Assembly (NCBI RefSeq): GCF_009914755.1
Contig: NC_060943.1
Length of the DNA: 64,000 nt
Strand: one strand, 5' to 3'
Source of the DNA: the human T2T-CHM13v2.0 reference genome, Homo sapiens
How positions within the stretch are numbered: the stretch's first letter is position 1; the number at the start of each line of letters is the position of its first letter. Positions 14,654 to 28,530 of the stretch are shown in pieces. The notes under the pieces are model-generated. The model did no database searches. It saw only the letters and a list, made by a program, of their open reading frames with translations, and had not been told where the DNA came from. The translations under genes and the position numbers were made by a program.

Positions 14654-15085
<432 letters not shown>

Positions 15086-17318
15086 TGATGTTATTCTACC
15101 ATTTTTCTCAAAGGACATTTCTTGCCAACACCCAGCAGATTGTGGCAACTGTCAGCTCCCCAAACCGAAGCCCCAAGGCTCTTCCATTGGTTGAATTAAT
15201 AAAACCTACAACAAAGACACCTTCTGAAATTTCAGTCCAACTGGAAAACTGGGTCTCCCATTATGTGGGGGCCTGGGCAGGGTCCAGGAGGGGCAGGCGG
15301 TTCCGATGCTTGTCCTGCGTCCCCAGGTAGCCCCAGTGTTGGGTTGCGTCTCCACAGTGGCCAATTGTTCCCCAGAGGACCCCCGAGGGGGATGAATCTG
15401 GCTCTGTTCACCTGCCGTGTGAGTCACAGCCCAGAGGGCCCAGAGCAGGTCTCAGGTGTGGAGTGACCCCGTTCCCACTCTGCCTGGCCCAGAATGCATT
15501 GGAGGGACCGGGGGAGGAGGAAGCGGAGGTCACAATCTGTGCATGAGATGCCTCAGGATTACCTCGGGTCTGGAGTGCTGGGACTGCTCCGAGGGCCAGG
15601 CATTGAGCCCAAGGAGGACTGAAGGCTGGGGGCTGGGGAGGGATGCCACATGGCTGGACTTCTTTTCCCTCCTCCTGTGCCTACACCTCCCCCACCTCTG
15701 TTCCCATTCACTGCCTGAGCATCTTCAGTGAGAGTCACCTGGCATCAGAGCCAAGCCTCCCGCACAGCCCAGGGCAGCTGCCGTGGAGAGGTGGAGGGCA
15801 GGGGAGACTCCACTCCCCAAGTGGCACCAGGCTCCAAAGAGGCCCGAGGTAGGGGGCCCTTTGCCCGGCTCTGTCCCCTTCCCCCAGCCTCACTTGGCCT
15901 GGAGTCTCAGGGCCAAGGGGGAGGGCCTGGAGACATCCAGTGGGTTGAAACGGGGCACACCCACTGCCAGCATGAAGAAGGGCCCGGTGGGGTCCCACCG
16001 TGTGCCAACCCTCCTGATGTCCTCGAGCCCCTGTTCCTAACACAGGCAGCAGGGAAGTGGTGAGGAGTCCACCCACGCTCCAAGGACAGGGCTGTTGCTA
16101 CGATTGCTGTCCTTCTCCATGGCCACTGCGTAGGTCTTGGTTTTTTAAAACTCTGAAAAAGTTACGGTGGTAGTTATGACAACAGAAGCCTGGAGGTCCA
16201 GTTCTGGAGGCCAAATGCGTGGGTCGGTAGGGGCGGGCGCGGGCCCACACACCCTGGGGCTAGACGCACCTTCTGCTGGGCTCCAACTGCCTGCCGGTGG
16301 GGTTATCCCGCTCTTGCATTGAGGTTGACACCATTTGTGGTGCCTTTAGGGTCACTGCAGATCCCCCTCTCCTTCTCACAATATTTGCAGAAGTTGGGAG
16401 CCTCTGGGCGGATCTCATTTAAGCCAAAAAAGCTTCACCATTATATGCCTGCTGATGTTTTCATTATGAAGCTTATTTTCCAGGATTTGTGGCTCTGCAG
16501 TTTTGACTTGAATCATAGTGGAAGTCAGTGGAAGATTCGCTCATTTTGAAATTTTATTTTATGTGGGGAAAATAGCTGAGCTTAAATCGGTTCAGTTGTG
16601 CCCTCTGACAGCTGCCACTGGGGAGTCCCTGCACAGCGCAGGCTCCTAGTGGGGGGTGGAGGAGCTCCTGGGGGCTTCTCATGTTCGCGTCTGGGGTCCC
16701 AGAGGGAAGTCGGGGGCTGCCTGTCATCTTGCCCTCAGGCCTGGATGAGGCATTTTTCAGCCCTCCCCAAAAGGCCTGAAGACTTCTGAGAGGGTGGGCT
16801 GGCCCCATCCTAGCTCCCCACCAAGCTCTGTGCCTGGTCTTGGTTTTCCACCAGGGCGGGACTGCAGGGATGATGATCCGTGAGCCCCTCACTACATCTG
16901 GTTGTGTCCAAAGGTGCTTCACCATGGGAAGGCTGCTCCTGGCATTCCTCAAGTCCTGGATGGAGTCCCAAGACCCCATCCCACCTCCTCCAAAGGCTAC
17001 AGCCATTTATGAGTGCATTTGACCTTTGCCCTCAGGGTCTGGGTCTGCATTGGAGGGAGGGGAATGAGGAGATGTCCATGGGAACTGTGCAGGGTCACTG
17101 GGATCCATCAGACAGTAGGCCTGACAGAGCCACAGGGAGCGGGAGACCACAGGATGGGGGAAAGGGGATGGGGTGAGGGGGAAGTGGACAGACAGGCCCC
17201 AGGGCCAGGGGCCACCGATGCTCCACTCCAGCCCAGAGCTCTGTGCAGGAGTGTAAGTCCAGGGTGGCCAGGTCATCCTTTTTGTTTTTGTTTTGTTTTT
17301 TATAAAAGCTAAGAATCT

Positions 17319-17612
17319 GGCCAGGTGCAGTGGCTCACACCTGTAATCCCAGCACTTTGGGAGGCCGAAGCAGGCGGATCACTTGAGGTCAGGAGTTCGA
17401 GACTAGCCTGGCCAACGTGGTGAAACCCCATCTCTACTAAAATTACAAAATTTAGCCGGAGTTGGTGGCAGGCACCTATAATCCCAGGTATTTAGGAGGC
17501 CGAGGCAGGAGAATAGCTTGAACCCAGGAGGTGGAAGTTGCAGTGAGCTGAAATCACGCACTACATTCCAGCTTGGGCGACAGAGTGAGATGCTGTCTTA
17601 AAAAAAAAAAAA
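17319..17612 (+). mobile_element. AluS
   Basis: TSD aaaagctaagaatc; poly-A tail. Confidence 0.95.
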
Positions 17613-18599
17613 AAAAGCTAAGAATCGGTAACATACATTTATGTGGATTCTCCTGATTTTAAAGGGGCAGCTCTAATTTGGAATGTGTTTTTTAACGTTA
17701 GATAATAGGTGATGTTTGGCACCTACTGTTGGTTGGATGGGCTGGGAGGACTAGATCTTTCCAATACCCTAAACCCCCGTAGGGCTGAGACCTGCCCCCT
17801 AGGCCCTATTTGGCTCCATGCCTGCTCTCCCTATACCCCCTGGGAGGACACAGAGGAGGTGGGTCTCCTGGTGGGAAGGGGATGCTAAGAATTACTTCCA
17901 GCCCCATAGGACCCCCATGAAGCCAGACCCCAAGCGGTCCATGAGCAGAGCATCTCCTGGGCTCCGCTGACCAACAGTGGCTGCACAGAGCCCCTCAGTG
18001 GCATTGTTTGGTTCAGCAGCCGGGAGCCCTGCCAGATACCTGTTCACTGTTCAGGTCAGGCAGGGGACCTGAGGGGTCGGGGAGGTGACTGGTCAGCAGA
18101 GATACAGGGAAGGCAAGGGCCAGAGAGTGGGGTTCTGGGGAGCGCACCTAATTAAAACCTCCTTCATTTACGCACAGTTACTCACATGCAAATATTTGCA
18201 CCCACTGACAAGCTTCTGTTGCTGTAGCAAAGGAAGAATCAATTCAAGCAAAGCTTTCCTGCGAGTGGGCACTCTCTCCAGTATCTACCTGGAGATGCGG
18301 GTGTGGGTGCCCGTGGGTGTAAATGGAGGAGGATTTCTGACTTGGCAGCCTGCTTCCCACAGTGATGGGGTGTGGCAGGCATGGCCACCCTGGCTCCCTT
18401 TCTGCCCCCCTAGGGCACCATGGCAGCCACACTCAGCAAGGGTCCCTTTGGAGAGGGGCCTGGCCTGGCCCAGCAAGGGACTCTGCAGATTCGCCTTCCC
18501 TGCTGCCTCTGTGTCACAGCGATGTCCCCAGTACTAGGAGAGGGACCCAAGAGTCCTGAGAGCATTCAAGGAGGTGGCATCCAGGGGTGTGGTATGGGC

Positions 18600-18825
18600 A
18601 ATGATGATGGTGTGAGCACTCAGTGCCTACTGTGTACCAGGCACTGTGTTTTACATGCTTTACCAATATCCTCATGCCAGAGCCTCGCTGTACCCGTCTC
18701 TATTTTATAGATGAAAAAACTGAAGCACAGAGAGGCAAAGTCACTTGCCCAAGGTCACACAGCCAGGAAGTATCAGTGCTTGAACTAAAACCCGGTTCCT
18801 CAGATCCCAAAAGTCTGAAGTCTTC
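18600..18825 (-). mobile_element. MIR
   Basis: 'tattttatagatgaaaaaactgaagcacagagaggcaaagtcacttgcccaaggtcacacagc' MIR core. Confidence 0.9.
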
Positions 18826-19789
18826 TTGGTGACCGGACAACCACTCAGGGCTGGGAGCAAGCACCACACTATGAGATGCATGGCATTGGAGGGCCAGCCT
18901 GGGTTAGAGGTTGGGGAGCTGCACGGCACTGCCCTTCAGACTGTCAGGGCGTGCTTCATTCCTGCTCACAGCAGACATGTTCTGGTTCTTGTGCACACGT
19001 GTGTGTGTCCTGATGAAGAGTCAGGTGCCCATGTGTGTGCATGTGTGTGTGCATCTGGCCCTCACCCATAATCCTAGCTGTGTACAAGTATGTGTGCTCA
19101 CCTCAGTATTACTATACACCCATGGGTGGACAGATGCCTTACGGTTCATGTGGAAAGCACTTCACCCTGAAGTCTGGGCTGGCTGCTGTGAGCGTACCCT
19201 GACAATGTCACCTGCCAGGTCATGGGGCAGGCAGGGGCAAATGACTTGGGCCCCACAGAGTGAGTTGTCTGTCGGTTGTCAGCCACAGGATTGGGTGACA
19301 AATTGCCATTCCAGCAGGCACTCAGCAAAGCCAATTATTGTAACCCCTTGCCCACGACCCGCACAGACCAAATAATGAAATTACATTCATAATATTTCAG
19401 GTCAAGTGATCGCTGCTTGAATTAGTTCCTTCCCAGAACCCAGCCAGAAGTAGCGGCAGTAATTAAAGGATTTTCTGGGCTTAAATCAACTGTGCGCGTC
19501 AAGCGTGTACAACACACAGAGCTTGCAAAATGTGTGCAGGCCTCGTCCCTTCACTGGGGAGTGAAAAGGACAGGCCATGATTGTGGGAGGACCACAGGCC
19601 GGGAGGAGGTGTGTTATTCCTGCCAGGGAAATTTTCCACTTTCACTCACTTATTTTAGAGACGTTTACTGAAAGATCCCTGCTCCAATGGGGCCTCACAG
19701 TGAGTAAGGTGATGGGGACTTTCTGGGGTCCACCCTGACTCCTCCCAAGCAGGTATTTTAGCAGTGTTGCAGGGGTAGGGTGCTGTGTT

Positions 19790-20045
19790 TCCCAGACTAA
19801 AGTGCAGGTCAGAGTTCACTGCAGCTTTAAACTCCTGGGCTCAAGCGATCCTCCCACCTCAGCCTCCCCAGTAGCTGGGACCACAGGCACATGCCACTGT
19901 GCCCGGCTAACTTTCCAATTTTTCTGTAGAGACAGGGTCTTGCTGTGTTGCCCAGGCTAGTCTTGAACTCCTTGCCTCAAGTGATTCTCCTGCCTTGGCC
20001 TGCCAAAGTGCTGGGATTACACGCATGAGCCACCTAGCCTGACCT
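19790..20045 (-). mobile_element. AluJ (partial)
   Basis: Antisense Alu lacking its tail. Confidence 0.85.
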
Positions 20046-23000
20046 AATTTTAGGATAATTCCATTGCCCCCGCCACTAAATCTTTTGTGCCCACTTCAAT
20101 CACTCCCCATTTTCACCCTCAGCCCCAGGCAACTACAAATCTCCTTTTTATCACTATAGCGCTACCCTTTCTAAACATTTCATATCAATGTAATCATACA
20201 CTGTGTGGTCTATCATATCTGGTTTCTTTCACTCTGCATGATGGTTTTGAGAGTCATATTTTTTGATATTTACTCATATCAGTTTGTTTCTTTTTATTGT
20301 CAAATAATATTATTCTATTACATGGAATTGCGGTTGATCTGTTCACCAGCTGCTGGATACGGGATTGTTGATACTTTTGGCCATTAGGACTAATGCTGCT
20401 ATGAACATTCATGTGAAAGTTTTTATGCAAACCTATGTTTTCATTTTTCTTGGGTAAATATTTAGGAGTAGAATGGCTAGGTTGTAATAGTAAATTTACG
20501 TTAAATTTAAGGGATACTGACAAACTGTTGGCTAAAATTGCTGTACCATTTTACATTCTCACCAGCAGGGTATGAAGGTTCCAATTGCTCCACATTCTCA
20601 TCAAGACTTGTTATTATCTGTCTTTTTAATTATAGCTATTCTAGTGGGTGTGAAGTGGTGTCTCATTGTGGTTTTAATTTGCATCTCTCTAATGAGTACT
20701 ATTAAGCATATTTTCATGTGCTTATTAGCCATTTGGATATATTCTTTAGTGAAATATCTATTCAAGGCTTGGCCCATTTTAAAAATTGGTTTATTTATCT
20801 TTTTATTGTGTTGTAATTATTTTCTAGATATAAGTATTATTTGACTTGCAAATAACTTATCCCATCTGTGGCTTGTCTTTTCATTTTCTTAATAGTGTCT
20901 TCTGGAGTGGAAAAGTTTCTAAATTTGAAAAAGTGCAATTCAACATGTTTTTCGTTGATGGATTATGCTTTTTGTGTTGCGTCTAAGAAATTTTTTCCTA
21001 ATCTTAGCCATAAAGATTTTCTCTTATGTTTTCTTCTAAGTTTTTAAGTTTTGGCTGTTACATCTGTGTCTGCGGTCCATTTTGAGCCACGTTTTGTGTA
21101 TTGTGTGAGGTCTGACTTCTTCTCTTTGCATGTGAATATCCAGTTATCCCAGTTCCCAGCACGTGCTGAAGACTATCTGTTCCCTATCGAATTGCCTTCG
21201 CACCTTGGTCAAAAATAAATTGACCATAAATTTAAGAGTTTATTTCTGGAATCTCAATTTATTTCATTGATCTGTATGTCTATTCTTTTGCCAATAGTGC
21301 AGTGTCTTGATTAGTATAGATTTATAAAAAGTTGTGAAATCAGGAAGTGTAAATCCTTCAGCTTTGTTCTTTTTCAAAACCATTTTGGGTATTCTGAGTC
21401 TTTTGCATTTCCATGTAAATTTTAGGATCAGCTCATCAATTTCTGCCAAAAAGAACAACACCTGCTGTGACTTGATAGGAATGGCATTGACTGTAATAAT
21501 AAACTTGAGAGAATTGTCTTCTTAACAATATTGAATCTTACAATCCATGAACGTGGAATGTCTCTCCACTTGTTTAAATCATCTTTAATTCTTCTTACCA
21601 TTATATTGTAGCTTTCAGTATACAAGTCTTATCTTTCTTTAGTTAAATTTATTCCTAAGTATTTTACTCTTTTTGATGCTACAGTGAATGGAATTGTTTT
21701 TCTAATTTAATTTTGGGATCATTCATTGCTAATATATAGAAATACAATTGATTTTTGTATATTTATCTTGGAACCTGTAATTTGTTAGTTAATTCTAATT
21801 GTTTATGTAAATTCCCTAAGATTTTCTACATACAGAATTATGCTCTCTGCAAATAATGAGATGTTTACATCGTCATTTCCAGCTCGAATGCCTTTTATTT
21901 CTTTTTCCTGCCTGATTCAACTGACTAGAACCTCTAGTATGGTAGGAAATTGAAGTGGTGAGAGTAGACATTCATGCTTTATTCCGGATCTTAGGGGAAA
22001 AACATTCCATCTTTCACCAATAAGTATAATGGTTGCTCTAGGATTTTTGCAAATGACTTTTATGACCTTCAGGAAATTGTCTTCTATTACTAGTTTATTA
22101 GAAAAAAAAATTTAACCATGAATAGGTGTTGGATTTTGTCAAATACTTGTTCTACATCTATTGAGATGTTTATGTTGTTTCATCCTTTATTCTGTCAAAA
22201 CGGTGTATTATATTGATACATTAGCCTCACATTCTTGTGATAAATCTCACTTGGTCATGGTGTATAATCCTTTTTATATGTTACTGAATTAAGTTTGCTC
22301 AAATTTTGTTGTGGATTTTTTTTTTTTGAGGGATAGTTGTAGTTTTCTTGTGATGTCTTTATCTGGCTTTGCTATCAGATTAATACAGGATTTAAAATGA
22401 ATTGGGAAGTATTTTTACCTCCTCCTACCCTATTTCTCTGGAATAGTTTAGGGAGGATTGGCATTATTTCTTTTTAAATGTTTATTAGAATTTATCAGTG
22501 AAGATATCTGAGACTAGACTTTTCTTTGTGAGACATTACTTTTTTTAAAGATGGAGTTTTGCTATTGTTGCCCAGGCTGGCCTCTAACTCCTAGGCTCAA
22601 GAGAACCTCCTGCCTCAGCCTCCTAAGTAGCTGGGACTACAGGTTCATGCCACTACACCTGGCTCCAGACTTTAAAATTTTAAATTTCTAGCTCAATGTC
22701 TTCACCATAGTTCTATTCAGGTTTTCTATTTCTTCTTGAGTCAGCTCTAGTAATTTATGTCTTTCTAGGGCTTTGTTCATGTCTTTCTAGGGCTTTGTTC
22801 ATTTCATTCAAGTTGTCTCATTTGTTTAGCATAACAGTGTTCATAGTATTCTCTTATAATCACTAGTGATGTCCTCATTTTCATTCATGATGTTAGTAGT
22901 TTGTATTGTCTCTCTGTTTTCTTTCAAAGTCTAGCTAAAGGTTTGTCAATTTTGTTGATCTTTTCAAAGAACCAACTTTTAGTTTCATTGTTTTTGTCTG

Positions 23001-23245
23001 TTGTTTTCCTGCTTTGTATTTTATTATTTCCTTGCTTTAGTTTGCTTCAGGTTTAGTTTGTCCTTTTTTCCTCTCTTTTGTTTGCTTTATTTGTTACTTC
23101 CTCTCTTTTGTTTGCTTCAGATCTAGTTTGTTCTTCTTTTTTCATTTCTTAAGGTGGAAGATTAGGCTATTGATTTGAGATTCTTCTTTTCTAATATAGA
23201 CATTACTGCTATAAATTTTCCTCTAAGCACTGTGTTAGCTTTAGT
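20046..23245 (-). mobile_element. Old L1 (L1MB/ME-like) with decayed ORF2; FLAM inserted at ~22540-22665
   Basis: Minus-strand ORFs 21264-21461 (FFLAEIDELILKFTWKCK...LPDF...YK..IKT..YW.KNRH.DQ) and 21428-21625 (IKDDLNKWRDIPRSWI.R.NIVK) match L1 ORF2p, with many stops and frameshifts. Confidence 0.92.
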
Positions 23246-23562
23246 CAACTTTAATTGTCTGATTTCCAGATCTTCTTATTAAATTTCTGTCTGATCTGCT
23301 GATCTATTGGTTCTACCAATTTTATCACAACCTTGGGCTAGCTAAGATTTTTGAATTATTTTCAGCAACACTCTTGGGCATGGAATTTTCCAATCAATCA
23401 ATGTTCATGCCTGATTCCCCTTGGTAGAATGTAAGCCCCCAGGGAACTGGGCAAGGTGATGAAAGCAGCCCCAGGCTACAATGCCATAACCTCACACTGT
23501 TCAGTAGATTTTCTTGAATAAACGCTTCTTGATATGTTGTATGCTTTTGGTCAATTTCTGGA

Positions 23563-23862
23563 GTTTTTTTTTTTTTTTTTAAGGGGTAGGGTCTCACTCT
23601 GTCACCCAGACTGGAGTGCAGAGGTATGATCATAGCTCACTGCAGCCTCAAGCTCCTGAGCTCAGGCGATCCTCCCTCAGCCCCCCAAGTAGCTGGAACT
23701 ACAAGCATATATGACCATGTCCAGCTAATTTCTTTATTTTTTGTTGAGAGAGGCATCTCACTATATTATCTAGGCTGGTCTTGAACTCCTGATATCAAGC
23801 AATCTTCCTGCCTTGGCCTTTCAGAGTGCTGGGATTACCAGTGTGAGCCACCATGCCTGGCC
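23563..23862 (-). mobile_element. AluJ
   Basis: Poly-T plus degenerate antisense Alu. Confidence 0.92.
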
Positions 23863-24326
23863 CAAACTTTTTAAATGGTGATGGTTGTTGTTTTTCCTGT
23901 TCCGTCATTTCATTTTGGGAAAGAAGCTACCAGGCTTCTCACTCAGCTCTTTCAGAAGCCCTAAGTCTAGGACTGGGGTCTTGATATCTACACAGACAGG
24001 AGATGAGGTCTCTGACTCAACCACAGTGCTGAGCTGGAAGTGCAACTGCTCTGTAAATAGAGCCCTCAGAAGGTATCAGAACCTCTGGCCATTGGTGGAG
24101 TATGTTGGGACAATCCTAGTTTACACCTGTGGCCTGGTGTAATTATTATCAGTGCCCCCTTACTCTCAGAAGTGGGTTTATTTGATGATAAATCATATGG
24201 TCATTGTGTAGTATAAATTATTGTATACTTCTGTACTTCTGTAAGAAGAAAATGCAACCAGAAAGAATGGATACAAGAAGTAGTAGTAAGGAAATAAATT
24301 GTAGGAACATTGTTAAGTATAAATAA

Positions 24327-24666
<340 letters not shown>

Positions 24667-24919
24667 TAAGGACAGCGACAACGTGGAAGTTTAGACAGGA
24701 AACCGTAATTGGAATGAAAAGGTCTATAAGATCTTTATGTTGTTAGGGAAGACAATAAGGATAGTAAAACAAACAAAGAAACAAAAACCAACTTTGGACT
24801 TTATTTAAAACAAGGCTAGTCACTGGAATTGTGATGTATATTTTCTGGCCTCTGCACTGACCCCTCCCAGTAGAGCCCACTCCTAGAGCTGGGTGGCTGT
24901 TTAATCACTTCCCGTTCAC

Positions 24920-25376
24920 CCGATTGGTGAGGGGGGATTCCCATCCATGGTTATGGGGATGGCCAGCACTCAACACTGGACAGAAGAGATCAACAGCAGT
25001 TTATTTGTTATTATGCCCAAGCCTGGGGGAGGAGGATTGCAGGGGTTGCACTCGGAAACAGGGTGGACAAGCGGGGGCTGTGGGAGGCAGGCTTTGTAGT
25101 ATCAAGAAGGTGAGGTGACCCCTGGTTGCTGTGGGAGGATGTCATGGGTTTGTTTGAATAATTCCATGGGCGGGCAGGGAGTGAAACCTGCTACTTGTGA
25201 ATCAGCAGGCACTGTGCCTAGTCCCTTGATAAGTAGGTCATTTGGCTGGGGGACTTATCCAAGCGAACAGTGGGGAGAGGAACTTGCCGTTAGTCCATTT
25301 GCAGCCGCCCACACTTGCTCCAGGTGTCAAGGTAGCACATAATTTTAAGGGTCTTAACTTTAGGCCTTGCACTGCA
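24920..25376 (-). mobile_element. ERVL-class solo LTR (MER54/LTR53/MER88-like)
   Basis: Reverse complement begins tgcagtgcaaggcctaaagttaagaccc...attatgtgctaccttgacacctgg; minus-strand AATAAA (tttatt ~25000). Confidence 0.55.
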
Positions 25377-26247
25377 GCGGCAGACTGTCTCACAGGAGCC
25401 TAAGGGTGGGAGCACTCCCTCTATCCTGAGTAGGGGCTGACCCAAGCCAAGTGAGTTGAGGAGGAGACTCCTTGCCCGAGTCTCAAAACCCCCACCCCCA
25501 ACTTTGGTGCTGGGATCCCCTGCTCAGTGTCTGCCCTGATCACCCTCTGCCCTCTCACTCTGCCTGTCTGTATATTGGTCTCTACCATCTGTCCATCTTC
25601 ACTTTCAGGGACGTGCTGTCAAAATCCATAGCCCTGGGGCTCATTTGTGGCTCCTCCTTCAATGATGTATATGGAGGCTGGCCAACCCATGTGGCCCTCG
25701 CCCCATGGAGAGCAGCTGGGCATCGTTGATGAGGTGCTGAGCCCAGCATCGGGTGGCTGGCACTCATACTCCCCACCAGCCATAGGCAACCCCAGCCTCC
25801 TCTGACATAAGCCCCTCCATCCCTGACACACATGAGGGGGTCCATAGCCTAGCAGTGCTCACTGTCATCCCAAGACCTAATGTGATTCTGTGGGTGGGTG
25901 CAGGTGAAGTTCACCTGCTGCTTCTCGCTACCCACAGCAGTCTGTGGAGATGCCACATCTTCCTTTCAAGATCTGCGATCTCCTAATGGAGGAAGGAGGA
26001 TTGGCTCCCCTGGTAGGCCACCATCACCTGGGAGATGCAATGGTGCCCTCCCAGGGGAGCCAATTATGCAATGGCATGCTTGGTGAGTGACATTCTCATG
26101 AACGCCACTGCAGCCTGGGCAGTTGGCCAAGCAGCTGCCCACTTCCCTCTTTTCCTACAGGGTCTCCATTTCTCCTGGGAGCATATAGCTCTCAGGCAAA
26201 ACCTGAGTATTCTGAGTTATGTCCACTGGGGAGGCTGGCACTGGGGC

Positions 26248-26549
26248 TTTTTTTGTTTTTGTTTTTGTTTTTTTGAGACAGAGTCTTGCTCTGTTGCCCT
26301 GGCTGGAGTGCAGTGACACCATCTGGGCTCACTGCAACCTCCAACTCCCAGGTTCAAGTGCCCCTGTCTACCTCCTAAATAGATAGGATTACAGGTACCT
26401 GCCACCACGCCCGGCTAATTTTTGTGTTTTTAGTAGCGACAGGGTTTCACCATGTTGGCCAGGCTGGTCTCAAACTCCTGACTTCGAACGGGCACCCGCC
26501 TTGGCCTCCTAGTGTTGGAATTACAGGCGTTGAGTTACCACACCCAGCC
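26248..26549 (-). mobile_element. AluS
   Basis: Antisense Alu with (TTTTTG)n tail; actgggg flanks. Confidence 0.92.
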
Positions 26550-26694
26550 ACTGGGGGTTTTGAACCTGCCACTCTTTTGAGCTGCAGAATCCCTGACAGA
26601 GCCTGGCTGAGGAGTGCAGGGCTGGGGGCAAGAACAGCCAGAACACTGTGGCTTCCTTCAATCTACCTGCACCAGGAGGGGCAGGCGTTGCTTA

Positions 26695-26756
26695 GAACAA
26701 CAGTTCTCAACCTTGACTGCTTGTTAGGATCACCTGTGGAGGTGTTAAAAACCCCA
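26695..26756. mobile_element. MER5A-like fragment
   Basis: 'cagttctcaaccttgactgcttgttaggatcacctgtggagg...taaaaa'. Confidence 0.55.
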
Positions 26757-26759
26757 GTG

Positions 26760-27282
26760 TCCTCTATGGAAAACAGTATGGAGATTTCTCAAACAACTAA
26801 AAGTAAAACTACCATTTGATCCCGCAGTTCCACTACCGGGCTATCTACCCAAAGGAAAAGAAGTCACTCTATAAAAAAGACACCTGCCTTATATTTCTTG
26901 CAGCAGTACTATTCACAGTAGCTAAGTCTTGGAATCAACCTAAATGTCCACCAAGAGAGAATTCGGTAAAGAAAATCTGGTACATATATACCATGGAATA
27001 CTATGCAGCCATAAAAAAAGAATGAAATCATGTCTTTTGCTGCAATGTGGATGGAACTGGAGGCCATTATCCTAAGTGAAATAACTCAGAAACAGTCAAA
27101 TACCACATGTTCTCAGTAAGTGGGAGCTAAACGATGGGTACCCATGGACATACAGAATGGTATGATAGACATTGGAGACTCAAAGGTGGGAGGATAAGAG
27201 GGGCACGGGGGAGGAAAAAACCTATTGGGTACAAAGCACACTATTTGGGTGATGGGTACACTAAAAGCCTGGACTTCACCAC
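26760..27282 (+). mobile_element. L1PB-like 3' fragment
   Basis: ORF 26816-27025 resembles the L1 ORF2 C-terminus (LFTVAKSWNQPKCP...[14 protein letters not shown]); 3'UTR 'gggtgatgggtacactaaaagcctggacttcaccac'. Confidence 0.9.
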
Positions 27283-27641
27283 TAATATGGTTTGGCTGTG
27301 TCCCCATCCAAATCTCATCTTGAATTGTAACTCCCACAATTCCCACATGTCCTGGGAGGGACCCAGTGGGAGGTGATTGAATCATGGGAGTGGGTCTTTC
27401 CTGTGCTGTTCTCGTGATAGTGAATGAGTCTCATGAGATCTGATGGTTTTGAAAAGGGGAATTTCCCACACAGTCTCTCTCTTCTCTTGTTTGCTGCCAT
27501 GTGAGACATGCCTGTCATCTTCTGCCATGATTGTGAGGCCTCCCCAGCCACATGGAACTGTGAGTCCAATAAACCTCTTTCTTTTGTAAATTGCCCAGTC
27601 TTTAGTATGTCTTTATCAGCAGCATGAAAATGGACAATACA
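27283..27641 (+). mobile_element. THE1B-like MaLR solo LTR
   Basis: t(a)atatggtttggctgtgtccccatccaaatctcatcttgaattgta...aataaacctctttc...atgaaaatggacaataca. Confidence 0.93.
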
Positions 27642-28444
27642 CCTCTGCAGCCCACCCTGAGAGATCCAGCCAGCCCCTCCCTCCACAGGCTCTGTCCCAG
27701 CACCATGGTGACTTGTCACTTCTCCCTCCATTCCTGTTCCTCAAGATCACTCCTCCACACAATTGCTCTGTTCATATTTGCCCTGTTGCCCTCCAAGCTT
27801 CTCCAGACAAGAAAGAACTTTGGTCCTGCCCTTGACCAAGTCACTTTCTCACCCTGTGCCCTGGTCCTCCCCTTCCCGACTCGCCCAGGGCTGCTGTTTG
27901 GTCAAGGTCATGGACGTGTGTGAATGCCAGAAGCTCCCAATCCCCTCTCTGGCTGTGGCATCACCTGCCTTGTCCTGCTGTCTCCAGCATGATCTCAGCC
28001 CCTGCTGGAGCTCAGACCCATGTGGGTAACATGGGGCTCTTGGCTGGGTGGTAGCAGTTTCTCCTGGAAACTGGGGTCAGGGAGAGAAATCAGTGACACA
28101 GAGGGCCTGTTTCTGAACAGATAGATAGGATCAGACCTTGAGAGACAACTTGATAGGATAGTAATTTAGGAAATGGAAGGCAGAATTTCCTTGGGCCTGT
28201 CAGCTCTGCATCCCAGCATGCTTCTGGTTGCCTTGACAACTCAACAGGTTAAACTTCTTTTCTGGGCATCAGTGTCTGCTCAGGCAGGAGGTGACAGAAC
28301 CCCTGGAGGTGTGCAGATCTTCAGCAGGCAGATGACTCAGAGCTCAGGCTGACCTTCACCTTGCTGGGCTAGCTGGCCTTGGGTTGTCCCTGGCTGCCTG
28401 CATGAGCTTACGATCATGTCCAACCAGCTGCCTCTGCCTCCTAT

Positions 28445-28530
28445 CCCTCCTATTCATCCATCCATTCATCCATCTGTTTATCCAGTAAGCAGTCATTGAG
28501 CACCTGCTGTGTGCCTGGCCCCATGCTAGC
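28445..28530 (-). mobile_element. L2 3' end fragment
   Basis: (TCCA/TTCA)n then 'cattgagcacctgctgtgtgcctggc'. Confidence 0.65.

Noticed and set aside
21264-21625. Reverse-transcriptase-related L1 ORF2 peptides as an active gene
   Set aside because: Short fragments separated by stops and frameshifts in an ancient truncated L1
27902-27910. Perfect NR5A1/ESRR motif TCAAGGTCA (attractive given pituitary CHST8 expression)
   Set aside because: A single 9-mer in 64 kb is near chance expectation; no supporting motif cluster
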